From: Eledone cirrhosa | Lineage: Eukaryota | Assembly: GCA_964016885.1 (NCBI GenBank) | Contig: OZ024742.1 | Span: 220,410,001-220,474,000 of the forward strand | Reading direction: 5' to 3' | DNA length: 64,000 nt | Shown: piece by piece, positions 11,734-24,302 of the stretch | Layout: every line of letters starts with the position of its first letter | Numbering within the stretch: position 1 is the stretch's first letter | The notes under the pieces: generated by a model | The model's input: the letters and a program-made list of their open reading frames with translations, nothing else | Database searches by the model: none | Told to the model about the DNA's origin: nothing | Program-made: the position numbers and the translations under genes

Positions 11734-13229
11734 ACTTTCACCGCCAATGTACAGCAGCAAGCATTTTTTGAAAAATGTGCTTGATCCTAAGAAAAAGTAA
11801 CAGAGGTTGAGAGATGTCTTGTTATCTCTAACTATTGCTTTGTTTCTATTTCTTTAGGGCATTTCTGAATTTATTGGAATATGAATCCAGTCCCACCATT
11901 GAGATATATTATCTTCATGGTGAATGTCTGCTGTTTTTTTACCCTCGGGAAATTGTGAAATTGGTTTGCAGCTACTATGGCCTTTTGAGATATAATATTG
12001 AAAACACATGTCACTCAACCATATTCTTGTGACCATTTTGTCACTGAACTATACTCTCCGTATGATATCAATTTTTATGTATTATAATTTTATCAATATT
12101 TTATCTTAAATTAAGCATATTTTTATCTATTATTATCTAATTTTATAAATCTTTTATTTTTTATCCATTATATCAACTACTTTCAATGTTGTATTATATT
12201 TTAAATTCCAATGTATTAATTTTTGTACCAGAAACTCTCTAGCGCTTTAGCATTTAAAGAGACCATATCCGACCATAATTCTCTCGCCTCTTTCTATTCA
12301 AACTGGCCATAATTAGCCACTCATACTGATAGTAAGGTATTTTTCTCAAAATAAATAACATAAAACTCTCGTAGATTCAATATTATATGAGATAATTATA
12401 TAAGGTAAAGCCTTTTATGTGAAAATACATACACTATTTTTGTGCCTTTTTTAGCAACACAAAAATCCTCTGATACTTTGGATTAATATGGCTGACTAAA
12501 ATTATATATCTGCACATTGTGTGGTGTCAACTATATTTTGTTTTGTATTTTATGCTTTCTTTAAAAATTTTTTTTTTAGTCTTATATTTTAAAAATATAT
12601 TAAAATAAATTATAAACGTTTTTTATTTACATATCTTTATAATGCACCTTCCAATATTGATTGTAACGTTTATTTACTTTTATATGAATGATATAGTTAA
12701 TAGTTACTTGTCCATTTGCCAATATGCTTTTGTAAAAGTAATTATTAACTATTATATATTAAATTACAAGATTTATTTATATAACATGCTTATAATATTG
12801 GTTGTATCATATTTACTTGTATATTTGTCTATATTGTTTGTTTTGTGTTAAATTATTTTATTATTATTATGTTGGATTATTTTTTTTATTATTATGTTAA
12901 ACTATTTGTATGTAATATTTAATTTTTTTATTAATTTAACTATAATAATCGACATATGAAATTTAAATCAACAATAGGAGAAAAAAAAATATCTTATTGC
13001 ACAAACAATAATTCTGCACAAATGTTGCTCCATTATTAGATCTAATGTTGCAACGATACAGTTAAATGTTGTCTGTGTATTTTAAAAAAGATTTGCTTAT
13101 AATCTTTTCAAATTTCATTACGCCAATGATTCAAGCTCAAATTGACATTATCTAAAAAATTGTACAAACAGCGGTGGATTAGCAGTAGTGAACAGATAAA
13201 TCAGTCAATTTATTAAGATTGACTTGGCA

Positions 13230-13874
13230 TCAATCAGCAAGACCTTCATTAGCTGCTCCAGCCATCTATTTAAAGCTGTATACATCTATGGTACGAATAC
13301 ACTTGGAGTTCGCGTCATCAGTCTGGAACCCCTATCTTGCTCAGAACATTGACCTCCTGGAAACTGTTCAGAGACATGCAACCAAGCGCATACGCTCCAT
13401 CAGACACCTACCATACCCTGAATAGTTTGCTTCCCTCTGGCAATGGACTTGGTAAACACCCACAAAGTTATTAACCATCCGACCAACAACAACCCCGAAC
13501 ACCTTTTTGATCTCCATGTGTCTAACACGTGGACATGCCTACAAAGTCAGAAAACAACACAGCTCCCATGACTTTAGGAAATATTTCTTCATGGTCAGAG
13601 TTGCTGAAGGATGGAACAAACTTCCTGCATCAGTTGTTAGCTGATGACACACTGCATCCTTTAAAATCATCATACATTCCGAAATACACCAAAACTACAC
13701 CTGATGTCCCCCTTCCATACACATGCACATATGTGTATATCATGACTCATGCACTGTTCTTTTTTCCTGACGTTTTTATATTACCCTATGTATTATATAT
13801 GCACTTTTGATGAGTTGTAGTGCACCTCAGCATTGTACAAAATATTTTCATTATTATTATCATTATTATTATTA
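13230..13874 (+). mobile_element. CR1-clade LINE 3' fragment
   Basis: LYTSMVRIHLEFASSVWNPY..LETVQRHATK, TRGH, FF..RV..GWNKLP motifs, followed by a (TTA)n tail. Confidence 0.85.
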
Positions 13875-14323
13875 CACTCATTGATCCATTTTGCACTAAC
13901 TCTGCATCAAGCACCCTCACCTAAATATTAACCAATCAAGGATCCAATACAGCTATCTGTTGGATGAGTATTGTATAGTGCCAAAAACGAAACCAATCAG
14001 TTTAGCAGAAAGTTTCCAGACAAGAAACACGCATATTTTGCTATCCTCAAACACGTTTACACATGGCATGAAATATAACTAATCCGAGATGGCTAGGTTT
14101 CATCTTCTAACTGGATATACGAAATCCATTATGTCTTGACAACAACATGCGGTAACATTATGTTATTCACAGACACACTTTGTACACTGTTCCATATCAG
14201 AATGTATTTCCTTCGTCACATTCACAAACAGTATTGAAAATATGTTCTTCGGCAAATAAAAATGTTTTGTTCATAATATTTCAACTAGCGATTGCTCTAC
14301 TCCACGCACGACCACCATAAATT

Positions 14324-14507
14324 AATTGTTTCTACTTTTGGCACAAGGCCAGCAATTATCCCAGTGTATTACTGGTACTTTATTTTATCGACCCCGTAAG
14401 GATGAAAGGCAAAGTTAACCTTGGCGGGATTTGAACTCAGTCCGTAAAGGGACGTAACTGTGCTGTAAAGCACGGCGTCCGACGGTCTACCGATACTGCC
14501 AATCCAC
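14324..14507 (-). mobile_element. tRNA-derived Nin-domain SINE
   Basis: B-box GAGTTCAAATCCCG and core GCCTTTCATCCTTACGGGGTCGATAAA. ~20-bp TSD CACGACCACCATAAATTAAT. A more decayed + copy follows at ~14527-14712. Confidence 0.85.
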
Positions 14508-15263
14508 GACCACCATAAATTAATGACCAGCTCAACACAAATATTGGTAGAGCGTCAGACACCATGCTTTGCAGTATTGTTATGGTCCTTTGCATTCTAA
14601 GTTCAAATCCTGCCGAGGTTAACTTCGACTTTCATACTTACTAATTCGATAAAATAAAGTACCAGTAATGGACTGCCGTAATGGATTTGTGCCGAAAAAT
14701 AGAAACACTATTAATGTGCAATAAGAGCAAAATATAACGACATTGCTCAATTATTTTATCTAATGTTGTAATAACACAAGGAAATGTTGTTTGTGTATTT
14801 TTTTTTATATTTGCTCATAGGCTTTTACAATTTCGCTCAGCCAACAACTATTAAAAAGTGAGTTGCTTAAGATAACAATTTAATCACAAATTGTTGCTAT
14901 CTTTTAATACACTCCAACAAGTCATCAAATTATGTACAATAAAAACAAATCTTATTAATTTGCTCAGGGAATATAAAGAAAATGTATATACACTGATAAT
15001 TGCAATTGTATGTAAATATTTTGTTTTTGTATTGTTTATTTTATGTTTTCTATTATGTATAATATATTGATTTAATATTGATTGTTTTTTGTAGTTGTTT
15101 ATATTAAAAGTCTGAAAATATTTTTATACATCTTACACTAATATTTATAAGATAATTTATAATAACAATTACATAATCTAATTACATTACAACGCTAATT
15201 TATTATTAATATATATCCTGTTTAACTAGAGTTATTACAAGCGTTGCCTTAAAAAAATATTAA

Positions 15264-16100
15264 ACTAGACATGAAAAATGCGCAAGCTCAAAAGTGCCAC
15301 AGAATGTTATAATAAACCTTAAAAAGTGTGGGACTAGAGTTGTTGCTAAAAAATATTGTACATCTATGTTTAATGTAATAACAGCTATAAATAATTACGT
15401 AATATTATTATCATATACTCATAGTAACAAAATAATTGTGTTGAAAATTAATATGATGCTTATATGAACGATCAAATCTATAATGATAATTTCTTAAATA
15501 TACTAATAGTAAAATAATTTAGTTATCTATAGTTACATTTTCATAGAACTATAATATTAACAATCGTATTGCATTATCAAATTTTTATCACTACAAACTT
15601 TCATATTGGAATTACCTTAAGCCACTTATTATTACTTCGCTTTCGTACTTTTACAGCTGTAGATATTGCGCTGTATCTTATATCTAATATCAATATCTCA
15701 TGGTAATTTGCATGCAGTGTAAAATAGGTTTATTAATAACTTTAATATGAAATGTATTATACAGGGCTGCGGAGTCGGCCAAAAATTGACTGGCTCCAAC
15801 TCAGGATCCGATACTCCATTATTTCCTAAATTTCAGCTCCGCAGCTCTGTTATTATATTAATTAATTTATTTTATAGTTGTAAATCATATTTTTATATGT
15901 TACACTCTAAGAATTAACTAAGTGAAATAGCGTAAAAATAAAGGCTTCGTTGGTTTAAGCTATTTTTATAAAGGATGCCACAGAATGTACGATATATAAT
16001 GATTACAATATTTTTTAGCAACAACTCTAGTCCCACACTTTTGAAGGTTTATTATAACATTCTGTGGCACTTTTGAGCTTGCGCATTTTTCATGTCTAGT
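15264..16100. mobile_element. Fold-back/MITE-like element with ~97-bp inverted repeats
   Basis: 15264-15360 is nearly the exact reverse complement of 16003-16100. Termini are ACTAG...CTAGT. Confidence 0.7.
15762..15849. mobile_element. Short hAT-like MITE
   Basis: TIRs CAGGGCTGCGGAG / CTCCGCAGCTCTG, with an 8-bp near-TSD GTATTATA/TTATTATA. Confidence 0.6.
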
Positions 16101-16207
16101 ACATATATGCGTATATACATACATATATGCGTATATACATGAGCACGCGCTTGTATGAGTGTGTATATTCAGTAAACTAAGTGAATTGTAAAGCAAATCA
16201 AGATATA

Positions 16208-16244
<37 letters not shown>

Positions 16245-16317
16245 GGTAAACAGAAATAACAACACAATCGGTACAGTATATGGAAGGAATATATAAGGTG
16301 AAATAGCAGGAAGAGGG

Positions 16318-16353
16318 TCTTAACATTTCGGACGCTAGTCCTTCATCAGAAGA
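16318..16353 (-). ncRNA. Minimal type I hammerhead ribozyme (Penelope pLTR type)
   Basis: TCTT-CTGATGA-a-GGAC-tagc-GTCC-GAAA-TG-TT-AAGA on the minus strand. Confidence 0.65.
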
Positions 16354-16824
16354 AATAATTAGAAATTAGAAAGTTTGAAGGGACGGGCGGAGCGGAATCG
16401 GAATATATATATTTTTTTTCTCTCTCTCTCTCGTCTGCGACTTCACAGAACTTATGTTTACCGAATTCGCAGACCAGACCCCTTCTTCCTCTCGTTAGAC
16501 CTGTGCGAAATTCCTTCCTTGCTCACATTTCAACCAGGTTTGATGGTCTTTATTCTCTCGTTCACGATTCCACCGAATTTATATTCATAGAAATCTGGGA
16601 CTTGTTTCCTTCTTCATCACTTTCTGCTGCTTAAACCATTTTGTTTGTTTACCCTAGCGTCCCCTTTATTTATGTGTCCCAACGACTTTTTTTTAGCCGT
16701 TGCTCGCACCAACCTGAGGTATATGGCCTTTAATGCGACGAAATGCCTACGACGGTTGGATGGCCACTGATGAGGACAAACTTTTTCATATGTAACCCAT
16801 TTGCAGCGCCGCAGCTCCATTATT

Positions 16825-16875
<51 letters not shown>

Positions 16876-16883
16876 GAATATTA

Positions 16884-17074
16884 ATAATTTTTTCTATTTT
16901 TGGCACAAGGCCAGCAATTACCCAGTGTATTACTGGTACTTTATTTTATCGACCCCGTAAGGATGAAAGGCAAAGTTAATCTCGGCGGGATTTGAACTCA
17001 GAATGGAAAGGGCCGTAACTCTATGCGTCAAAGCATGGCATCCGACCCTCTACTGATACTGCCAATCCACCGCC
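16884..17074 (-). mobile_element. tRNA-derived Nin-domain SINE
   Basis: Full-length copy with TSD TTCGAATATTAAT. Confidence 0.85.
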
Positions 17075-17104
17075 TTTTCGAATATTAATTGTGGTTTGTC
17101 TCGC

Positions 17105-17237
17105 ATCTGATGCGAGAAAAACCACGAACCCTCCATCTCAATTTTACTTTTGAAAAGCATAAGAACTGTGAAACCGGTAAAGGAAATAAATAAATATTCT
17201 TAAAAGGACTCCAGTTGTATTTTCGATTTCTTTTCCT

Positions 17238-17245
<8 letters not shown>
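17105..17245 (+). mobile_element. Penelope pLTR end fragment with U3-A8 hammerhead variant
   Basis: Homologous to 50205-50355 and 46126-46250. Contains TTGAAAA...GAAA-CCGG-TA. Confidence 0.7.
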
Positions 17246-17289
<44 letters not shown>

Positions 17290-17298
17290 TGTGTGTGT

Positions 17299-17392
<94 letters not shown>

Positions 17393-18239
17393 GTGTATTA
17401 TATCTATATTAATAAAGCTGACGGCCGTATGTATGTATCTATGTATATCACAAACTTTTGTCCAAACGGCCGGACCAAACGGCACCAAATTTGCACCATA
17501 GATGTAACTTTTTCCAAGGAAGAAAGTGAGGAGTACATTACTGGTACTTTATTATATATAATGTATATAATACCACATTCCTCTTTCTTTCTTACTCTGT
17601 CTTTTTAGATAGATACATAGCTATAACGTCGCGCGCTTATAATATATGTCTGTATGTCTGCCTGTCTGCATTGACTTCGCTTCTAACCAACATTTAATTA
17701 ATTTTATTTCATATATATATATATATATTCGTGTACAGATATTTTTGCATACACAAACACACAATACATCGGAAAACAGAACTACAAAAACAAAATATAA
17801 ATAAAAATTGTATTTATTTCGTTAACTACGCAGCGATTTGTTTACATTTAGTTCGACTGTACGAAAGCACAGACGGCTTATCGTCTGTTTATCCAAGCGA
17901 AGCTAGGTACGTCAGCTATATGTATATATCTGGATGCCGTAGAACACGCCAATGTGGATTTATTGAATGAAATCGATGGAGCTGGCCTTTCTCATCTTTC
18001 CATGTAGGCGGCATACAGATTAGCACCACCAATCTCACTAAACAACACAATGCCCCCTTTGACCTTTTGACTCACGCGCGTGCAATCATATTTTAACGGA
18101 AGCCAATCACTATCAGTCATGATTGACCCCACATAACTTGATTGGTTATTCGATTTCTATGCGTCACACTCTCCTGAATAACACCTATATAAAGAGCAAA
18201 CATGACCCTGTTCGAACAATCATTATTACTGCCGATATT

Positions 18240-18430
18240 GGCGGTGAATTGGCCGTATCGGTAGAGAGTCGGACGCCATGCTTTCCAGCATAGTTACGTC
18301 CCTTTACAGACTGAGTTCAAATCCCGCCGAGGTTAACTTTGCCTTTCATCCTTACGGGATCGATAAAATAAAGTACCAGTAATGTGCTGGGTCATTGCTG
18401 GCCTTGTGCCAAATGTAGAAACAATTATTA
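18240..18430 (+). mobile_element. tRNA-derived Nin-domain SINE
   Basis: Full-length copy with TSD ATTATTACTGCCGATAT. Confidence 0.85.
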
Positions 18431-19260
18431 CTGCCGATATGCCACCCAAAAAGTCCGGACTGGCCGCAAGATCCGATTTTCCAGAAGAAAAAATGTTACT
18501 AGAGCAGCAGAGTCTGAAGATGATCATAAACGTCGCCTTCAGAAGATGATGACTCATGCAAGAGTCAGTCGAGCAGGCCAGTCTCAAGAGGAGCACCAGT
18601 CTCGCCTTCAGTAGATGAGGACTCATGCACGAGCTAGTCAAGCAGGCCAGTCTCAAGAGGAGCGCCAGTCTCGCCTTCAGCAACTGAGGTCCCGTGCAGA
18701 AGGCAGGAGAGCGACACAGACAGAACAAGCCAGATTTCAGCAGGTGAGTTCACATGCTGATTGCATCCACATTGCATTACAGCATCAATGTGCCATACAG
18801 GTCCTTGCAAAACTGAGTCCGATTTTTAAGAGGGCATAAGTAGAATAATTCTGAGCAAATTTGTTATAGGGTTGTCATCAATATTTATTTGCCTACAGTA
18901 ATCAATAAGAATGTTGGTATCAGTGACTAAAAAATCAAAATATTCTGGGAACAAATTATTTTTTATGTCCTCGGAAACAAGCGCTATTACGTAACGACGA
19001 TGATCTTCTTGGATTTTAAAGTTACTTTCGACTTTCTTTTCTTAAAATTAAAGTGGTATTTACTTCATCTTAATAACGGAAATGCTTTACGTGTATTCGC
19101 GCGCTTATGCTTGATAACTGAAGAAAATTTAAAGAAATTTCAAAACTTGAATAGCTTTTCAAAAAAGTTGTTTATTTCCACATAGATAGGAACTTTTAAG
19201 TTCAGATGTGTATCATCACATAACCTTACTGAAAAGCATTATTAAAGGTTTATATTAAAG

Positions 19261-19453
19261 GGCGGTGGATTGGCAGTATCGGTAGAGAGTCGGACACCAT
19301 GCTTTGAAGCATAGAGTTACGTCCTTTTATGATCTGAGTTCAAATCCCGCCAAGGTTAACTTTGCCTTTCATCCTTACGGGGTCGATAAAATAAAGTACC
19401 AGTAATGCACTGGAATAATTGCTGGCTTTGTGCCAAAAGTAGAAACAATTATT
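19261..19453 (+). mobile_element. tRNA-derived Nin-domain SINE
   Basis: A-box TGGCAGTATCGG, B-box GAGTTCAAATCC and Nin core. TSD ATTATTAAAGG(T/C)TTATAT. Confidence 0.85.
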
Positions 19454-20404
19454 AAAGGCTTATATGATTAATTTTGCAAGGGATGCAAAGACGTAATACA
19501 TGCCACGAAAAGACCTCAGGTGGCGTAATCTTAAAATGGATTTAGTTTGCAGTCCACTTTTGCAGCTTACGTGTTTATGAAACTCTTGTTTATCATTTAA
19601 ATGTAACAATAATTTCAAAGCTCCGTTAAATGTAGAGTAGTTATGAAAAGTCGTCAGTTTTCATGTTTAATCTTTAAACATATCATTGTTAACATAGAAA
19701 GATATTATTGTTTCCAAAAACCGGCTGGGTCTGCTCGACGAGTCACACCTTAAAATCAGGCCAACTAAACTCTTAGCTCCGTAGTCGGAAGATAGTGCGG
19801 GAACGTACCTCTTATTGAAAACCACACACTTTCCACTAGCATTTCACCCAGACTTACATAGAAAGAAGAGATAGGCATGTTTACTGGAGGGGGAAATATA
19901 GGTCAGTGAAGGTCATGATGGTAACAACGGGGAGCATGAAGACAATCAAGCAGCGTGTTGAATTCAGCCGAAATCACCACTATATTCCTTGCTACGTTAA
20001 TTGCCAGTACATTAAACTAGCAGGCCCAGCGCGATAGCGCTTGGCGGTAGGCCTACATCAGATCTTTTAGAAAGCCCTCACAACCAGTGCGACAATAGCA
20101 GGATTGTGGCAAAACTAATGGTCCAACACCACAGTTGTAACTTTTACCACGGAATCGAGTGATTATGGTCGTTGAGCATTCCACTGGTCGTGGTGGTGGT
20201 GGTGGTGGTGGTATTTTTCACGCGTCAGAAATGAGTCACCACAATAGCTCCCCCCCCCCCCCTCTTGATACGTACTCGGAACGACAATGTGACTTAAGAG
20301 GAGGTGCGATATCTTTGCACTGGAGTGGAGGAGTGGGGGGGGGGCTTCCTGAAAAGATAAAATGCCGGTATACCTAGCCGAGCGCCAGCCGGACGGGACA
20401 GCTA

Positions 20405-20472
<68 letters not shown>

Positions 20473-21269
20473 CCATGACAGCAGTTATGTTTCTGGACAC
20501 TATATTCATTTGCAGTTACACCTACAGAATCGTCATCAGCTGAAAATGAATGAGAAATTTGAATTTGCCCCTACCGGTAGATAGTATCAGCAATTAGAAA
20601 GACCAATGGAGATATTGTTTCCTTAGTCCAATTTGGCGAGTTCCACCTGTGTCGGGATCTTGTCGATCCGGATTATTAAAAAATCATATACATTCGCGAT
20701 GATAAAGCTATAAACTATTAACATTTGGTTGAAAATTTCCCCATTAACTTTGCCTTTCATCCTTACGGGGTCGATAAAATAAAGTACCAGTAATGCACTG
20801 GGTAATTACTGGCCTTGCGCCAAAAAGTAGAAACAATTAATTAATTATTAATAATGTTATATCGTGCAATGGCCATACTCGATATCGAGGGGGCAGCCAT
20901 CATGTATGTATGTATGTATGTATGTATGTATGTATGTATGTATGTATGTATGTATGTATGTATGTATGTATGTATGCATGTATGTATGTGTGAATGTACT
21001 ATGTGTGGGTGTACGTGTGCTCGCTCATGTGCATACGATAAAGTTATACTCACGTAATCCGTTCCCTCAATGGAATTATCTTGCTCAAAGTGTCTAGATT
21101 TAACCATTGATATCCGAATTCAGTTGGATCGTATATGTTATAGCGTCTATGACTTTGTGATTTACTACTGCTGATATTGATGGTGTTTCTGTAGATTGAA
21201 AAAAAGAGAATATTTATACATTAGTATTAGTCTAGGCTGCAATGAACAAAATAGAAAGGATATGGAAGT

Positions 21270-21720
21270 CAGATCTACTAAAAAAACAATCAAAATATTC
21301 TTCAGAACATCGGTTAAGTCAGTATTGTTGTATGGATCAGGTACATGGACCCCGACACTATCGCTTGAGAAGAAACTAGATGGTGCATACACTAAAATTC
21401 TTAGAATTGTACCAAACATAAATCTTAGCCTAAGTATTACAAATGAAAGTTTATATGGAAATTTGCCCGAGATAACAACTATACTTACTGAAAGATAGTT
21501 ACAATTTGCAGGATATTGCTGAAGAAGTAAGCAGAAAGTTATACACAAGGTAATATTGTGGGAACCAACCCACAGGAGACGCAGTGGAGAAAGACCTGCT
21601 CTAATCTTCCTTGATCAACTCTCATACGATACAAACCTCAATAGGGAGCAGTTGCCAGGTGCAATGGAACATCGTGAACTGTGGAAAGACTTTGTCAGGA
21701 ATGTTTGACTGTGCTCACAA
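21270..21720 (+). mobile_element. RTE-type LINE 3' fragment
   Basis: KIFFRTSVKSVLLYGSGTWT..KKLDGAYTKILR..R*LQFAGY..LWEP.HRRRSG, typical of the post-RT C-terminus. Confidence 0.75.
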
Positions 21721-22135
21721 TGAGGAATATTAGTCACCATTGAATTATAAACACTTTCTTGTCACCCTGAAGTGGGTTCTCCATACATTGTAGGATTTTC
21801 TATTTTCTAACTCTTCATAATAACATTGATCCATTAACAGGCCCGTGTAAAGCTGGTGATAAACCCAGGTCAGATGTGAAATGTAGTTCCCAAAACCTAG
21901 TAATAGTTACAGGATTGATGTGAAAAATAATCCCCAAAACCTGCTAACTAGAACTGACTAGATATGAAATGTACTCTTACAAAGTTAGTAATAAGTACAG
22001 ACAAGATGTGAAATGTAATACCAATACCAATACATATTACCTAAAGTTACAAACTTCAACCAGCATAGGGCATAAACATTCTATACCTAGTTGAGATCTT
22101 ATCTATATGATAATATAACACACACACACACACAC

Positions 22136-22234
<99 letters not shown>

Positions 22235-22432
22235 AAAATGTTGATTAAGATTAACTGGGGTTACGTATGCAATACTTCAATCAACCTTAAAATGCTGAGA
22301 TACTTAGCAGTATTACGCAATCATTAACACCACAGGAATACGTATTACAGTGGATTACGGAATAAAATGAATTAGGAAAATCTATATCTAGCCTTCGCAT
22401 TTTTATCAATATACATATGTAGGTGTGTGTGT

Positions 22433-22492
<60 letters not shown>

Positions 22493-23308
22493 AATTATCA
22501 ATATTTGAAACAAGCACCTAATGTGTTTTTAGTTTATATACATGTTACGTGTTTAGTATGCAACGAAAAAGATTTTTACACTAAAAAAATATATTTTTCG
22601 CATCTTTCTACCCACATATTACGTTTATAGTAAACAATGAAAAACATTTTTATTTAAAAAAGAATAGTTTTGTACTTCATTTTTTTACATCAAAAGGAGT
22701 AGTTTTGTTCTTTATCATGTGTGTAGTACACATCGAAAAAGATTTTCTTTAGATAAAAAAATTGTTTTTGTACTGTTGTACTTACATGTTACATATATAG
22801 TAAACAACGAAAATATTTTTACATCAAAAAGAATAGTTTTGTACTTGACCGGTTTCGCCTAAAACGCCTTTTCAAAGGATTCTGTTATGATTCATTTGCT
22901 AGTTTTCCATTTGTAATGTTATTGTCGCTTAAACAAGGAACGCAATTTGTTGTATTTTTGTCTCTTATGTCAAGGCCTTGTTACTCTGGAGTTCCACCTG
23001 TGCACTCGCAGTATCATCAGACAAAACTTGTCTGATTTTTCTGCTAATGCACAAGTAAAACTCCAAAGTAACAAAACTCTTCGCGTAGCTATCAAATGAA
23101 TATTTAAACTCTACTTCGGGATTTAGTACTTTTTCTCACGTCCCTCAATAATAAATGGATCGGTGCCTCAGCCAGATGGCTGGAACATGTAAAAGAGTAA
23201 AGAGTATATATATGTGTGTGTGTGTGTGTGTGTTGGATTCTTATAGAATTCCAGTAATAATCAGGAACTGATTATACAGAGCGGTTGCTGGTCCAACAAA
23301 AATTGAAA

Positions 23309-23740
23309 ATTAGAATTGGTGCTCTGAAATAGCGATATATATATATGAATGTATACATAGTGTATTTTGCAATACACTGTATGCTTAATTAAAAGCATTT
23401 TGAAGACCTTACGCTATTGTTTTAAAGTAGTGACTATGTCACTTACTTCTTTTTTCAACAAACAAAGGGAGATAAGCTGACAGATCTCTGTTTCATACTG
23501 TTGGTATTCCTCAGAGCTTAGCACTCCCCTTGTTTGTCGAAAATTATGAATGTTGGATTCTTATAGAATCTTATAGAATCTCCCTTTGTTTGTTGAAAAA
23601 AGAAGAAAGTGACATAGTCACTACTTTAAAATAATAGCGTAAGGTCTTCAAAATGCTTTTAATTAAGCATACAGTGTATTGCAAAATACACTATATATAC
23701 ATTCATATATATATCGCTATTTCAGAGCACCAATTCTAAT
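23309..23740. repeat. ~160-bp inverted repeat enclosing a hammerhead (inverted pLTR-like)
   Basis: 23309-23470 is inverted at 23580-23740. Confidence 0.85.
23473..23520 (-). ncRNA. Type I hammerhead ribozyme
   Basis: TAAGCT-CTGAGGA-ATAC-caaca-GTAT-GAAA-CAG-agat-CTG-TC-AGCTTA; all three stems pair and the cleavage triplet is GUC. Confidence 0.8.
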
Positions 23741-23882
23741 ATATATATAGAGGTTATATTTAATTTGTTGGGATTCAACAAGTTTAAACATTTTTATAAC
23801 TGATATAAAGCACTCAACAAGTTAGTGGAGTAAATATACAATATATTAATAAATGGAAACTATATTTATAAAAACATAATTA

Positions 23883-23944
23883 TTTTATTATATATATTTC
23901 AAGGGCGACCAAGGTAAATTATGGTGTGCTTTCATCAGATAAAA
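23883..23944 (-). ncRNA. Type I hammerhead ribozyme
   Basis: TTTTAT-CTGATGA-AAG...CTT-GAAA-TATATA-TA-ATAAAA on the minus strand. Confidence 0.7.
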
Positions 23945-24120
23945 TACAGATTTGTTTTATAAATAAATATTGATATACCCGGAAAAAAGACAACCTCAAC
24001 GGTTGAAATTCGTGGATAGTGGAGATAATTGAGGGTGATACAGAGTTGTGAGTGAGTATGCAAATGAGTGTCGGGAAAATTGAAAAAAAAAACGGTTTAT
24101 TTAAATTAAACTGTTGGAAG

Positions 24121-24302
24121 AAAATAGATGTAAAAGGGAGAGAGACAAGATAGATGTAAAAAAGTAGAGAGACAAGATAGATGTAAAAGGGAGAGAGACA
24201 AGATAGATGTAAAAGAGAGAGAGACAAAATAGATGTAAAAGGGAGAGAGACAAAATAGATGTAAAAGGGAGAGAGACAAGATAGATGTAAAAAAGGAGAG
24301 AG
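24121..24302. repeat. ~26-bp purine-rich minisatellite
   Basis: About 7 copies of AGATAGATGTAAAAGGGAGAGAGACA, grading into GA-rich low-complexity DNA. Confidence 0.85.

Larger units (their letters stand above)
17403..20405 (+). mobile_element. Non-autonomous/composite Helitron with RepHel N-terminal repeat fragment
   Basis: A|TCTATATTAATAAA 5' end and hairpin+CTAG|T at 20375-20405, with an internal 3'-like end at ~17892-17918. 18440-18745 encodes ~23-aa SQEE..SRLQ repeats typical of Helitron N-termini. Shares blocks with 31902-32671. Confidence 0.55.

Noticed and set aside
19261-19350. tRNA genes at SINE heads (also 39555-39650)
   Set aside because: A/B boxes are present but they continue into SINE cores with TSDs and lack an intact cloverleaf.
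20477-20543. Possible minus-strand hammerhead (CTGATGA...GAAACATA); similar weak cases at 2310-2345, 34190-34225 and 55690-55722
   Set aside because: Stems or core are too degenerate to support a call.
21870-22850. Degenerate ~45-bp and ~80-bp tandem repeats
   Set aside because: Old AT-rich minisatellites with no ORF or structure evident.
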